Below are positions 39,194-48,653 of a stretch of 64,000 bases of DNA, piece by piece (within the stretch, counting starts at the first letter, position 1; every line of letters starts with the position of its first letter). This DNA is from an uncultured Lachnospiraceae bacterium. GTDB lineage: Bacteria; Bacillota; Clostridia; Lachnospirales; Lachnospiraceae. A model generated the notes under the pieces. The model saw only the letters and a program-made list of their open reading frames with translations, did no database searches and was not told where the DNA came from. The position numbers and the translations under genes are program-made. The stretch covers positions 9,927-73,926 of the forward strand of contig CAMOWK010000011.1 of the NCBI GenBank assembly GCA_946628415.1, read 5' to 3'.

Positions 39194-40255
39194 TTAATCA
39201 TTTAAACTTGACAGTATACTAAGTGTACGGGTAAGCCCCGTCTCAATGTCATATCCCGGATTCCATCCGATTTTTTTCAGCTTGGTACCATCCAGTCTTG
39301 CCTTTGTAGCTTTACTGTAGCCCGATGCCTCCACGCTGTCAGGAAGTTCAAATACAACCTTCCTTCCGGCATACTTTGCCAGAATACCGGCTAAATCCTT
39401 TAAGGTAATATCAGATTTTGCATCAGCTATATTGTAAGCATGTCCTGATTCTCCCACTAGAAGCACAGTAAGAAGTCCGCTTACTGCATCAGCCACATAT
39501 GTATATGAATAGAACTGATTGCCCTCGGATTTCAGAACTATATCCTCCCCGTTTAATGCCTTTTTTATGAACTGGCTTATAGCCTTGGTGTCGGATAAAA
39601 GCATAGTAGGTCCGTAAGTTCTTGTAAGTCTCGGAATCACTGTATCAAGCCCTTTTTCAGCCATGTACGCCTGACAGAGTGCCTCTCCGCATCGCTTACT
39701 TTCAGGATAACCTGCCCTGAGAGTATTGGAATTTATGTATCCCACATAATCCTCATCAAAAAACTCTGTGTCGCCTCGGTTTTCACCATAAACTTCATTT
39801 GAAGAAGCGAAGGCAAAACGACTGCATCCGTGATCTACCGCAAAATCAAGCATATTCTTAAGCCCTATTACATTGGTCGTGATTGTCGAAATCGGCTCCG
39901 TTGCATACTGAAGCGGATGTGTATTTGATGCAAGATGAAGAATGTAGTCTACATCCATAAGCTCACACCTTAGAGCTTCCTTTACATCATACTTTACGAA
40001 AACCAGCTGTCCGCTTTCAAAGAAAGAAGGTTTAAATCTGCTTTTCATCCTTTCCTCGCTGCGTCCCAGAGCGTATACCGTGCAGTTAAGTCCGTCTTCA
40101 TTTTTTTTCATTATTACGTCTATAAGGAAACTCCCTATAAGCCCTGTTGCTCCGGAAAGCATAAGCTTCTTTCCTCTAAGCTTTTCCCACGGAAGTTCCA
40201 GCGATGCCACTCCTGTTACATCATCCTTATACAATTCATTTTCATACAGAGTCAT
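39194..40255 (-). CDS. NAD-dependent SDR, probable CDP-ketose reductase (Abp2/Mnp2-like) for CDP-alditol synthesis
   Basis: LSGATGLIGS, HLASNTHP, SSNEVYG, YPESKR, RLTRTYGP; near an IspD/TarI-like gene. Confidence 0.75.
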   Translation of the reverse strand: MTLYENELYKDDVTGVASLELPWEKLRGKKLMLSGATGLIGSFLIDVIMKKNEDGLNCTVYALGRSEERMKSRFKPSFFESGQLVFVKYDVKEALRCELMDVDYILHLASNTHPLQYATEPISTITTNVIGLKNMLDFAVDHGCSRFAFASSNEVYGENRGDTEFFDEDYVGYINSNTLRAGYPESKRCGEALCQAYMAEKGLDTVIPRLTRTYGPTMLLSDTKAISQFIKKALNGEDIVLKSEGNQFYSYTYVADAVSGLLTVLLVGESGHAYNIADAKSDITLKDLAGILAKYAGRKVVFELPDSVEASGYSKATKARLDGTKLKKIGWNPGYDIETGLTRTLSILSSLND

Positions 40256-40285
40256 AACCTGCCTCCTCATAATAATATCTGTAAA

Positions 40286-41377
40286 TCACTGCCTTTGCAG
40301 CATACTAAATGGTTTAAATACTATGCCCCGGGCATAAATAACATCAAGAAGTTTAGCGATAATTACAGGGAAAAATATTCCAACAACGGTTCCAAAGATT
40401 ATGCACACAGAAACATTCATCACCCCGGACATGCGGAAAATGTATCTCATCATGGCGGTAAACATTATATGCATAACATATATTTCAAGAGAATACTTTC
40501 CTATAAATCTGAGAAGACTGTACTTATATTCAAAACCGATTATCTTAAAAAAGATGTATACGGAAGGAAGTATAAGCAGTGCAATAATTGTATTCACATA
40601 CGGAATCTCGAATATAAAAACCGAATAATTCCAGAAATGATATATAAGCAGTATCCCTGCTATAAGTGCCGGTATGCATGCCCATTTACTGAAATAGAAC
40701 ATTTTCTTTTCTTCAAACTCCCTGTCACTTATGAGCGTTCCGAGAGAAAAGAAAAATGCATAGTAAAACATCCTGTAAAGTTCAAAATCCCCATAGCTTG
40801 AAAACTGCACCGAAAGAATATTAACAGCCAGAAAGATGACTGTATATATAGTTGATTTAAGCCCCAGCTTTCTTACCAGCGCAAATACCAGATTAAACGG
40901 AACAAGAATATAAAGATACCAGTATGGCGCTATAGCATTCTTCCAGATTATGAGCATACTGTCTTCAGTAACACGGCTGGTAACGATATCATCAAAATAT
41001 ATCTTTGTATATCCAAATATCATGCTGAAAAGAAGATATATAATAATTATATTTGCCGTATGGATAAGCAGCTTTTTCATTTTGATGTCATACTTATCAA
41101 AGAAAAGCCCTGTAATTTTACCCGTTTTTTTATCAGACTTAACATCCGTCCTTGATAAAGGTGCATATGCTCTTGCAAAAACGAAGCCGCTTATGAGCAT
41201 AAAAAGAGCCATGTGGAAAGTATAAATCACATTATAAATATTCCAGCATGGCCATATAGCCTTTTCGTTAGCGAAACTCATCGCATAACCGTTAGAGACG
41301 TGACCTAAAACAACGAGGATAGTGGCAAATCCCCTAAGTCCGTCTATATATGAAATTCTCTTTTTACTGATTGCCAC
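40286..41377 (-). CDS. Acyltransferase-3 family membrane O-acyltransferase
   Basis: IDGLRGFATILVVLGH, IYTFHMALFMLISG, WYLYIL, SLEIYVMH. Confidence 0.9.
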   Translation of the reverse strand: MAISKKRISYIDGLRGFATILVVLGHVSNGYAMSFANEKAIWPCWNIYNVIYTFHMALFMLISGFVFARAYAPLSRTDVKSDKKTGKITGLFFDKYDIKMKKLLIHTANIIIIYLLFSMIFGYTKIYFDDIVTSRVTEDSMLIIWKNAIAPYWYLYILVPFNLVFALVRKLGLKSTIYTVIFLAVNILSVQFSSYGDFELYRMFYYAFFFSLGTLISDREFEEKKMFYFSKWACIPALIAGILLIYHFWNYSVFIFEIPYVNTIIALLILPSVYIFFKIIGFEYKYSLLRFIGKYSLEIYVMHIMFTAMMRYIFRMSGVMNVSVCIIFGTVVGIFFPVIIAKLLDVIYARGIVFKPFSMLQRQ

Positions 41378-41450
41378 TTTCTATCATATTCCTCTAATCA
41401 TTATAGTAGTCTGTTATTTATGTCAGGGATACCCCCCGCCATACTAAAGT

Positions 41451-42167
41451 TTACTTCAGCCATCCATCCTTATCAGACTTCAGATAAGCCTTAAACAGTT
41501 CCAGATCATCCTTTGTTGTGAGCTTGATATTCTTGTCAGAGCCCGCAGCAAAATAGAGCCTTACACCCAGTTCAACCATCATAGTATTGGTATAAGAAGA
41601 ACCGTATATTCCTACTTCTTTTTCATATGCTTCGTGGTATTTATCATCCAGCAGACTGAACTTATATGCCTGAGGCGTAGAAACTCTTCTGAGAGTCTCT
41701 CTCGGAATATATTTTACAGTACTTATATCATCGTCGACTACAAAAATCTGTTCATTATAAGGCATTGATGTTACGGCATTTCCATACTTTCTGCACTTAA
41801 CTATTACATCTGATAGAACCGATTCATCTACAAGAGGTCTTATTCCGTCATGAATTATGATTATATCATCCGGAGAAGCTTTATCCTCAAGATTATATAC
41901 GCCGTTACGGATTGATTCCTGACCTGTGCTGCCACCGGAAACTATCCATTTAACCTTGTCAATATTAAACTGTTTTACGTATGCCCAGACAACCTCATGC
42001 CATCCGTCTATACATACAACTTCTATCGCATCAATATCCGGATGACGCTGAAAACCTTCCAAGGTATATACAAGAACAGGTTTATCATATACATTTATAA
42101 ACTGCTTTGGGATATCCTGTCCCATTCTGCTGCCTGAACCACCGGCAATAATAACTGCTATATTCAT
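41451..42167 (-). CDS. IspD/TarI-family cytidylyltransferase (Abp1-like), CDP-alditol pathway
   Basis: IIAGGSGSRMGQDIPKQF, GQESIRNG, IHDGIRP, STPQAY, NIKLTT.DD. Confidence 0.88.
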   Translation of the reverse strand: MNIAVIIAGGSGSRMGQDIPKQFINVYDKPVLVYTLEGFQRHPDIDAIEVVCIDGWHEVVWAYVKQFNIDKVKWIVSGGSTGQESIRNGVYNLEDKASPDDIIIIHDGIRPLVDESVLSDVIVKCRKYGNAVTSMPYNEQIFVVDDDISTVKYIPRETLRRVSTPQAYKFSLLDDKYHEAYEKEVGIYGSSYTNTMMVELGVRLYFAAGSDKNIKLTTKDDLELFKAYLKSDKDGWLK

Positions 42168-42176
42168 GCCATCCTC

Positions 42177-43580
42177 CTAATATGCATTCTTATTCACAAA
42201 GCCTTTAAAGACTGTAAGGAACATGATTTTTATATCAAACCATATATTCCAGTTTTCAATATAGTATATATCATACTTTATTCGTTCGGATATACTGGTG
42301 TCTCCACGGAGTCCGTTTACCTGCGCCCAGCCCGTAATCCCGGGGCGAACCTGATGCTTAACATTGTAGCGCGGTATCTCTTCCATAAACTCTTCAACAA
42401 ACTGTTTTCTTTCAGGTCGTGGTCCCACTATACTCATGGTTCCAAAGAGAACATTAAAGAACTGCGGAAGCTCATCTATACTGGTTTTTCTTATAAACTT
42501 TCCAACCGCAGTTACCCGGGGATCGTTCTTGATTGTCCAGCCTTTTTTCTCTTCCTTGGGATCCTGTACAGCCATGGAACGGAATTTATACATATTGAAT
42601 TCCTTATTATGAAATCCCACTCTCTTCTGCTTAAAAAGTACCGGTCCCGGTGATGATATTTTTACTGCTATAGCTGTTACAATCATCACTGGTGAAAACA
42701 GAATTATAAAAAAGAGTGATCCAAGTATATCTACTGTTCTCTTGAGGAAACTGTTAAATGGATCTGAAAGCGGTACATTTCTTATATTGATAACAGCGAC
42801 GCCATCCATATCACCCGGTACAGGATTGGAATTTATAACTTCGGAATAATCGGGAATAAACTTGGTATGTATGCCATATTTTTCGCATGTCGCTACAATT
42901 TCACCAAGTTTTCCGTATGCTGCAAGCGGAAGAGTTATGTCAACCTCGTCAGTTTCCTGACGACTGAGTATATCCGCCAGATTATCCAGTCTCCCTGTAA
43001 CCTTTATGTGCCTGTATTCAGTACCGATATCAGCTATATCATCAAGAATTCCGTCAATTTTACATCCCCATCCGGGATTTCTTTTTATGGCATCTATAAT
43101 CTTATTCGATGCAGGAGAGAATCCGACCAAAAGGACATGTCTCAGATGAGCCTCCTGTCCTCTGTATGCAGCCAGCACTTTTCTGGCGAGAAAACGTTCT
43201 ATGAGCTGAATAAATGTATTCAGAATAAAGAACCATACTACAACCTTTATCGAGTAATGCATGATGTTGCCCTGTTTCCTGAAAAGATACAGGAAAAGAG
43301 TAAGCAGCATGATCCCAACTACATTTGATGCAATGATATAGCCCATAAGCCGGAAATATCCAAGAAGTTTCTTTGGGTTATATAGATTAAAGCTTCTGAA
43401 AAGAATCAGATAAACAGCCACCATTCCGGCAAGGATATACATATATCCCCTGAACGGAAGATAATTCTCCATAACCCTTCCAAATGCTATATACATTGCT
43501 GCAAGATATGAAATTATCATGATAACGACATCAAGTATCACCTTTACAGCCGTCATATATCTGTGGTTGTCTCTGATCAT
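42177..43580 (-). CDS. Undecaprenyl-phosphate glucose phosphotransferase (WcaJ-type), second priming transferase
   Basis: N-terminal TM bundle; LKRTVDI, KFRSM, TSIDELPQFFNVL.G.MSIVGPRPER, VRPGITGWAQVNG.RGDT. Confidence 0.92.
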   Translation of the reverse strand: MIRDNHRYMTAVKVILDVVIMIISYLAAMYIAFGRVMENYLPFRGYMYILAGMVAVYLILFRSFNLYNPKKLLGYFRLMGYIIASNVVGIMLLTLFLYLFRKQGNIMHYSIKVVVWFFILNTFIQLIERFLARKVLAAYRGQEAHLRHVLLVGFSPASNKIIDAIKRNPGWGCKIDGILDDIADIGTEYRHIKVTGRLDNLADILSRQETDEVDITLPLAAYGKLGEIVATCEKYGIHTKFIPDYSEVINSNPVPGDMDGVAVINIRNVPLSDPFNSFLKRTVDILGSLFFIILFSPVMIVTAIAVKISSPGPVLFKQKRVGFHNKEFNMYKFRSMAVQDPKEEKKGWTIKNDPRVTAVGKFIRKTSIDELPQFFNVLFGTMSIVGPRPERKQFVEEFMEEIPRYNVKHQVRPGITGWAQVNGLRGDTSISERIKYDIYYIENWNIWFDIKIMFLTVFKGFVNKNAY

Positions 43581-43658
43581 ACTAAATTCCTATAATCCTT
43601 TACAAAGTTATCATCAGTTATAATGTTTCTTTTTTTATAAAAAAGCTCTGATCATCTG

Positions 43659-46600
43659 TTATTTTTCTATAACTACTTCTTTACCGCGGATATCATAATA
43701 TTTTACATCGGTTCTTTCATTTTTTTCGTTATAAATATACTCTACTTCCGAATAACCCTTATCACAGTTTACCGGATTATCATTCTCATCAAAGTATAAC
43801 TCTTTAATCTGATTATGCTTTTCATCATATTCGCGGCGAAGTATGGCGTAGCCGCCGCTTTTTTTCACAACTTTACCATCCAGATCAAGATATCTTTCTT
43901 CAGTAAGATAGCCCTGATCATCATATTCTCTCTCCCATGCCGCAAAGCCTTCGGGTCTTAAACAAGGATTACCGTCTGTGTCCAGATAGTCCTCGCGCAC
44001 CGTCTTATGGTACTTATCAAACTTTCTCTCAACAGTAGCGAAAAGTCCCCAGTACAGCGTCTCTTTTCCTTCAGCATCATATACAGTGAAACCTGTCTGA
44101 TTATCATACATATCATAAGTATATTCTATCGAAGCATAACCAGCCTTTAATGTATATGGCTTCCCATGCTTATCAAAGTATTCATCTTTTATAGCATGGT
44201 TCTTTGCATCAAATGTTCTGACAAGTTCTGCATAGCCGTCTTTACCGGCAGTCTTTTTCCCGTAGGCATTATAATATACTGTACTTGTTCTGTTTCCATT
44301 TTTATTATATGTATATTCTACAACTGAAAATCCGTCATTGCAATTAATAGGTCTGTCAGTCTTTGAAAAATAAGATTCTTTAAGGATTCTTTTTCCTTCG
44401 TCAAAGCTTCTCCTGAGTATAGCATAACCGGCATTGTTACTTGTAAGATTATTATCTCCGTCATAATACCTTGTAAGTATTATATTTCCTGCGGAGTCAT
44501 ATTCTCTTTCAAACGCAGCATACTCGCCGGTACATAGTACAGGTTTTCCGTTTCTGTCAAGATAATCCTCTCTGATGAGTTGTCCAAGACTGTTATATTT
44601 TCTCTCTATTGCAGTATATCCGTCTTTACATTTTACAGGTTTACCGTTAATTCCGGTATACTCCTCACGAATAATCTGTCCAAATTCATCATAATCCCTA
44701 TGAATATTTGCATAACCATTTGTTATAAGGACAGCTTTTCCTTCTGTATCGAAATAAGAATAGTCCGTCTGATTTCCGTTTTCATTATAGGCATATGTAA
44801 CAGATGCATATCCCTGATTTGTATAAGTAAGCTTTCCTTTTGTATCGCAATATTCTTCCTTTATTACTTTGTTCTCATCATTATAATACTTCTTAACTAT
44901 AGAATATCCGGAAGAAATAATGACAGGATTTCCATCGGCATCAGCATATGTCATTTTAGTAAGATGCCCCTCGTCATCATAGTCCTTGATAACTGCCATA
45001 TACCCTTCATTCCTTCGAGCCGGTCTTCCCATGTTGTCAAAGTAAGTTTCAAGTATTGGCAGATTCTTTCCATTAAAGTCAACATGAACAGTATTATACT
45101 GTCCCCAGAGCATATATTTCCAGCCGGAGGCATTTATATAAGTCGAATCGGAACGGTTTCCGTATTCATCATATTCATATTCGACCACTCCGTATCCTGA
45201 AGAATTGGTAAGTATACTTTCATCTGTCCCAAGATAGGTCTCTCGAATAAGTTTATTATCCTCATTATACTCTCTTTTTACAGTTGCATAGCCCGAGGTG
45301 TTAACTGTCAGTTTTCCATCTGTTCCAAAAACTTTTTCCAGCGTTACATTTTTTTCTTCATCATATTCACGTATTACAGCAGAATATCCGGATGAATTAA
45401 GCACAGGCTTTCCTTCTGTATCGAAAAACTCCTCACGAACTACATTTTTATCATCATCAAAAGTCCGACGTGTAGATGCGTAATTGCCCCTTATCATTAC
45501 AGGTGTCTTGCCATCAAAATATCTGATCAGGGATGCATTCCCCTCGTCATCATAGGAATACTCAACTGCGGAATAGCCTTTAAGAAGCATAGCCCTCTTC
45601 CCGTCAGCATCATAGTACTCCTCACGGGCAATCTGATTTTTAAAATTATAAGTACGCCTGAGTTCCGCGAAGCCTTTTTCCGTAACCATAGGCTTTGCCT
45701 CTTCATCAAGGTAAACTATATGATTCCTGTTATCTTCGCTGTCATATCCATACTCGCAGCCATAACAACCGTCAGAGGTCATGTATGGATTTCCTTCAAG
45801 GTCAAAATATCGTTCTAGGATGACACGTCCCTTATTATCATAAGTCTTATGCACATCGATATCAGGAGTTTTCCTAAATGTAATCTTGTCTATGATCACA
45901 TCATTCCCATCAACTCTGTACATTCTTATTCCGATAGCCCTGCCTTCAGGTATGTAGCATTTTAGATCTCTCTCGATTTTACCTTCCAGGCCAAAATCCG
46001 CTCTTGTAAGTCTCTCTTCTTTAATGTTTTCGGAATCCCAGACTTCATTTACCGCAAGTTTGCACATAATCGTGTCATTAGATGCTTCAAAGCTTTCGGA
46101 ATCCTTCGGAATCGAAAGTTCATAATGCACCGTATAAACTCCGGCTCTCAGTGCCTCAACCTGATGAATGGTATAATCAACCGTATTTTCTTTAGCATAA
46201 TATCCGGTAAAATGATAACCCGCCTTTTCAAGCGCTTCTATCACCTTTTCGTCATTCGAGTAAAATGCATGGTTTTCGGATATGTCTGTATATAAGAAAC
46301 CTCTTCCAAGCAATACATTTGCCTCAAAATCAGATGGCATAAGCACTGTGGTTTTCTCAAATCCTGCCAGCTGCTGTCCATCAAAAACAGACTTGCTGAA
46401 GAAACCATATTCTCTGTCATATAATTCCGGAAGGATGTTGGAATAAATCCTGCCGCCTGATTCTTTTAATGCATTTCCCGCAGCTTCCACAGCTTCCCTG
46501 TCAGGTTCCATCACGGCACTTTGATCATTCTCAGGTCTTGTGATTACTCTCTCACTGAAAAGATAGGCACCGAACAGCCCAAGAATCCCGCATGCTATGA

Positions 46601-48116
46601 CCGCAGCAGGAATAATCTTATTCTTATGCAGTACGATTCCCTTCACCAGCTTAAATACAGCAATTATCATCGCTGCAATCATAAGAAGAAGTGCTCCTGT
46701 TGCCTCGCATATGAGCTGCATTCCATATTCTTCAAGTTCAAGAAGGTGTGTTATATCTCCCCATGTTCTAAAAACTGATAATGCTGCCGGTATAGTAAAT
46801 GCACCGATAGCAATCAAAGCCACAGCGGTAATAATATAAGCCGCTGTAAGTTTTCGCTCAAGACCAGGTGATTTTTCCTCATCAAGAGCGGCTTCTTTAA
46901 AAGCAGAATCCCCCTCTTTAGAAAGGCACACTTTTGTTCCGAGAACAGCAAAAGGAAGTGTGATAAATACATTATAATTAAACTCTATAAAATGATGCTC
47001 TGAAACCGAATGAAATGCCAGAAGGGCAAATCCAAGCATAAGCCTAAAGTCTTTAAGCCGCGACGCCTTTCTCGCCATCAGACTCCAGTAAACAGCAAGA
47101 ATTATAAATATTACCGCTCCATAGCGAATCATGATAAGCGGATAAGAGCTGTCAACAAAGTTATAGCCCTCATTGTGGAAGGTTGAGCCACCTGCGCCAA
47201 TCTGATCAAACGCTGTTCCAAAAGCAGTAATCCCATGCTCATTATATGCATTTAAAGCATGAAGGATTCTTGTAGACATTAAATGATTGATTTTATAGGC
47301 AAGGGGAACATTCTTCCTGTAAAGATACATTACAGCAAAGAAAAATGCACCAAGGAGCGGAAATGCCAGTGAAAACAGCCATGACAAAAGCTTCTTAAAT
47401 GCGTTTGTTTTTTTATTTTCATTTTTTATGATAACTATATGAATTACAACAAGTAAAATGAATAATGTGCTGCATATTATTCCCGTAACACTGTAAGTAA
47501 CAAAGTAAGAAATAATGAATACAAAACCGCCAAAAAGAAGGAATGCCAGGTCTGAAATCTTCTCCCAGCCAATCCATGCCGTAACAACCAGATAAAGGCA
47601 ATATGCGGCAAAATCAGTCGGATAAGAAATACCCCATGAACATCTTATAACTCCGTCCTTCAGATAATCATAATTCTCAATCAGCCCTCCAAGGCCAAGG
47701 GTAATGATTATTCCAACCGAAAGTGCGAGGAAAAATGAATGGTATCTCGCCGCTTTCTTATAATCAGTTCCGATCATTCCAAGCGTTATAAGCGGAATAA
47801 ATGTAAGAAATGTATATCCGGTTGATTCATATGAAAAGAAAAACATAAGAGCTGCAACTGCAGCAAGAACAGTGTAAATATACGTTTCTTTCCTGTCACG
47901 GTCACGAATCAGCGTTGCTATAAGTTTTATGTCAACCATAATTCTAAGCGTAACAAAAAGAGTCTCTTCGGCTGTATCAGCAATATCAAGTCGAAGAGGC
48001 GTCGTATTGTACACTAAAAAAGAAAGATAAACTCCGACTGTTATGAGGAAGATATCTTCTATGAGTGTATATATATTAAACTTGCTTACAAGTTTTTTAA
48101 CCTTTTCCTTAAGCAT
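43659..48116 (-). CDS. 1485-aa fusion: Wzy-like polymerase membrane domain + extra TMs + central soluble domain + 23 tandem 32-aa YD-like repeats
   Basis: Wzy-type motifs R.SWGISYPT.F, STRILH, YNFVDSSY..IMIRYG, LAFHSVSEHH in the first ~390 aa. Repeats occupy residues 755-1485. Confidence 0.8.
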   Translation of the reverse strand: MLKEKVKKLVSKFNIYTLIEDIFLITVGVYLSFLVYNTTPLRLDIADTAEETLFVTLRIMVDIKLIATLIRDRDRKETYIYTVLAAVAALMFFFSYESTGYTFLTFIPLITLGMIGTDYKKAARYHSFFLALSVGIIITLGLGGLIENYDYLKDGVIRCSWGISYPTDFAAYCLYLVVTAWIGWEKISDLAFLLFGGFVFIISYFVTYSVTGIICSTLFILLVVIHIVIIKNENKKTNAFKKLLSWLFSLAFPLLGAFFFAVMYLYRKNVPLAYKINHLMSTRILHALNAYNEHGITAFGTAFDQIGAGGSTFHNEGYNFVDSSYPLIMIRYGAVIFIILAVYWSLMARKASRLKDFRLMLGFALLAFHSVSEHHFIEFNYNVFITLPFAVLGTKVCLSKEGDSAFKEAALDEEKSPGLERKLTAAYIITAVALIAIGAFTIPAALSVFRTWGDITHLLELEEYGMQLICEATGALLLMIAAMIIAVFKLVKGIVLHKNKIIPAAVIACGILGLFGAYLFSERVITRPENDQSAVMEPDREAVEAAGNALKESGGRIYSNILPELYDREYGFFSKSVFDGQQLAGFEKTTVLMPSDFEANVLLGRGFLYTDISENHAFYSNDEKVIEALEKAGYHFTGYYAKENTVDYTIHQVEALRAGVYTVHYELSIPKDSESFEASNDTIMCKLAVNEVWDSENIKEERLTRADFGLEGKIERDLKCYIPEGRAIGIRMYRVDGNDVIIDKITFRKTPDIDVHKTYDNKGRVILERYFDLEGNPYMTSDGCYGCEYGYDSEDNRNHIVYLDEEAKPMVTEKGFAELRRTYNFKNQIAREEYYDADGKRAMLLKGYSAVEYSYDDEGNASLIRYFDGKTPVMIRGNYASTRRTFDDDKNVVREEFFDTEGKPVLNSSGYSAVIREYDEEKNVTLEKVFGTDGKLTVNTSGYATVKREYNEDNKLIRETYLGTDESILTNSSGYGVVEYEYDEYGNRSDSTYINASGWKYMLWGQYNTVHVDFNGKNLPILETYFDNMGRPARRNEGYMAVIKDYDDEGHLTKMTYADADGNPVIISSGYSIVKKYYNDENKVIKEEYCDTKGKLTYTNQGYASVTYAYNENGNQTDYSYFDTEGKAVLITNGYANIHRDYDEFGQIIREEYTGINGKPVKCKDGYTAIERKYNSLGQLIREDYLDRNGKPVLCTGEYAAFEREYDSAGNIILTRYYDGDNNLTSNNAGYAILRRSFDEGKRILKESYFSKTDRPINCNDGFSVVEYTYNKNGNRTSTVYYNAYGKKTAGKDGYAELVRTFDAKNHAIKDEYFDKHGKPYTLKAGYASIEYTYDMYDNQTGFTVYDAEGKETLYWGLFATVERKFDKYHKTVREDYLDTDGNPCLRPEGFAAWEREYDDQGYLTEERYLDLDGKVVKKSGGYAILRREYDEKHNQIKELYFDENDNPVNCDKGYSEVEYIYNEKNERTDVKYYDIRGKEVVIEK
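43662..45854 (-). repeat. 23 tandem 32-aa repeats, consensus v.r.YD..GN...E.Y.D..GkPv....GYa.
   Basis: Hand alignment gives 731 aa: 21 units of 32 aa, one of 31 aa and a final one of 28 aa. Confidence 0.9.
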
Positions 48117-48165
48117 AACGTAATGTTACTACACAGAGTAGGTATTTTCAAGGACAAAACATTTG

Positions 48166-48648
48166 TCATTTAAGCATCTCGTCAAGGGTGTGCCATCCGA
48201 GAACGGCGCACTTTACTCTTGACGGCATGTGGGATATATCCTGCAGAGCTCCTGCTTCTTCAAGCATCTCTATATCCTCATCTGTCGCAGTGCCTTTGAT
48301 CATTCCAAGAAACTTCTCCTTAAGGACGAGAGCTTCTTCCACAGATCTTCCGATTATCATATCAAGCATTATATCAGCGCTAGCTTGTGATATTGCGCAT
48401 CCATCCCCGACAAATGCCCCGTCTTCAATGGTAGTTCCATCCTGTGAAAGTTTCAGTGACAACGTGATATCATCACCGCAGGTTGGATTCACGCCACGAA
48501 GTTCCATATATTTTCTTCCCTCAGGAAGAAAACAGTGTTTTACACTGCCCTCTCCCGTAAGATCCGGATTATCAATAAGCTTATACTTATGCAAAGGACT
48601 TATATTGTGATCCGTAATTATTTCGTTATAAAAAGTTCTTCTTTCCAT
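48166..48648 (-). CDS. sufU: SUF scaffold / sulfur-transfer protein
   Basis: NPTCGDDI, GCAISQASAD, RVKCA.LGW. Confidence 0.92.
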   Translation of the reverse strand: MERRTFYNEIITDHNISPLHKYKLIDNPDLTGEGSVKHCFLPEGRKYMELRGVNPTCGDDITLSLKLSQDGTTIEDGAFVGDGCAISQASADIMLDMIIGRSVEEALVLKEKFLGMIKGTATDEDIEMLEEAGALQDISHMPSRVKCAVLGWHTLDEMLK

Positions 48649-48653
48649 TATAT

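Noticed and set aside
40101-40108. Poly-T/A tracts (e.g. T8 here, T7 near 24774) as phase-variation sites
   Set aside because: Runs of 7-8 A/T are expected by chance in AT-rich, Lys-rich coding sequence
41451-42167. Call as MEP-pathway ispD
   Set aside because: No ispF nearby; polysaccharide-locus context and the neighbouring SDR fit CDP-alditol synthesis better
43662-45854. Call as an RHS/YD polymorphic toxin
   Set aside because: No RHS core PxxxxDPxG motif, no C-terminal toxin domain (repeats reach the stop) and no small immunity gene; it is fused to a Wzy-like membrane domain
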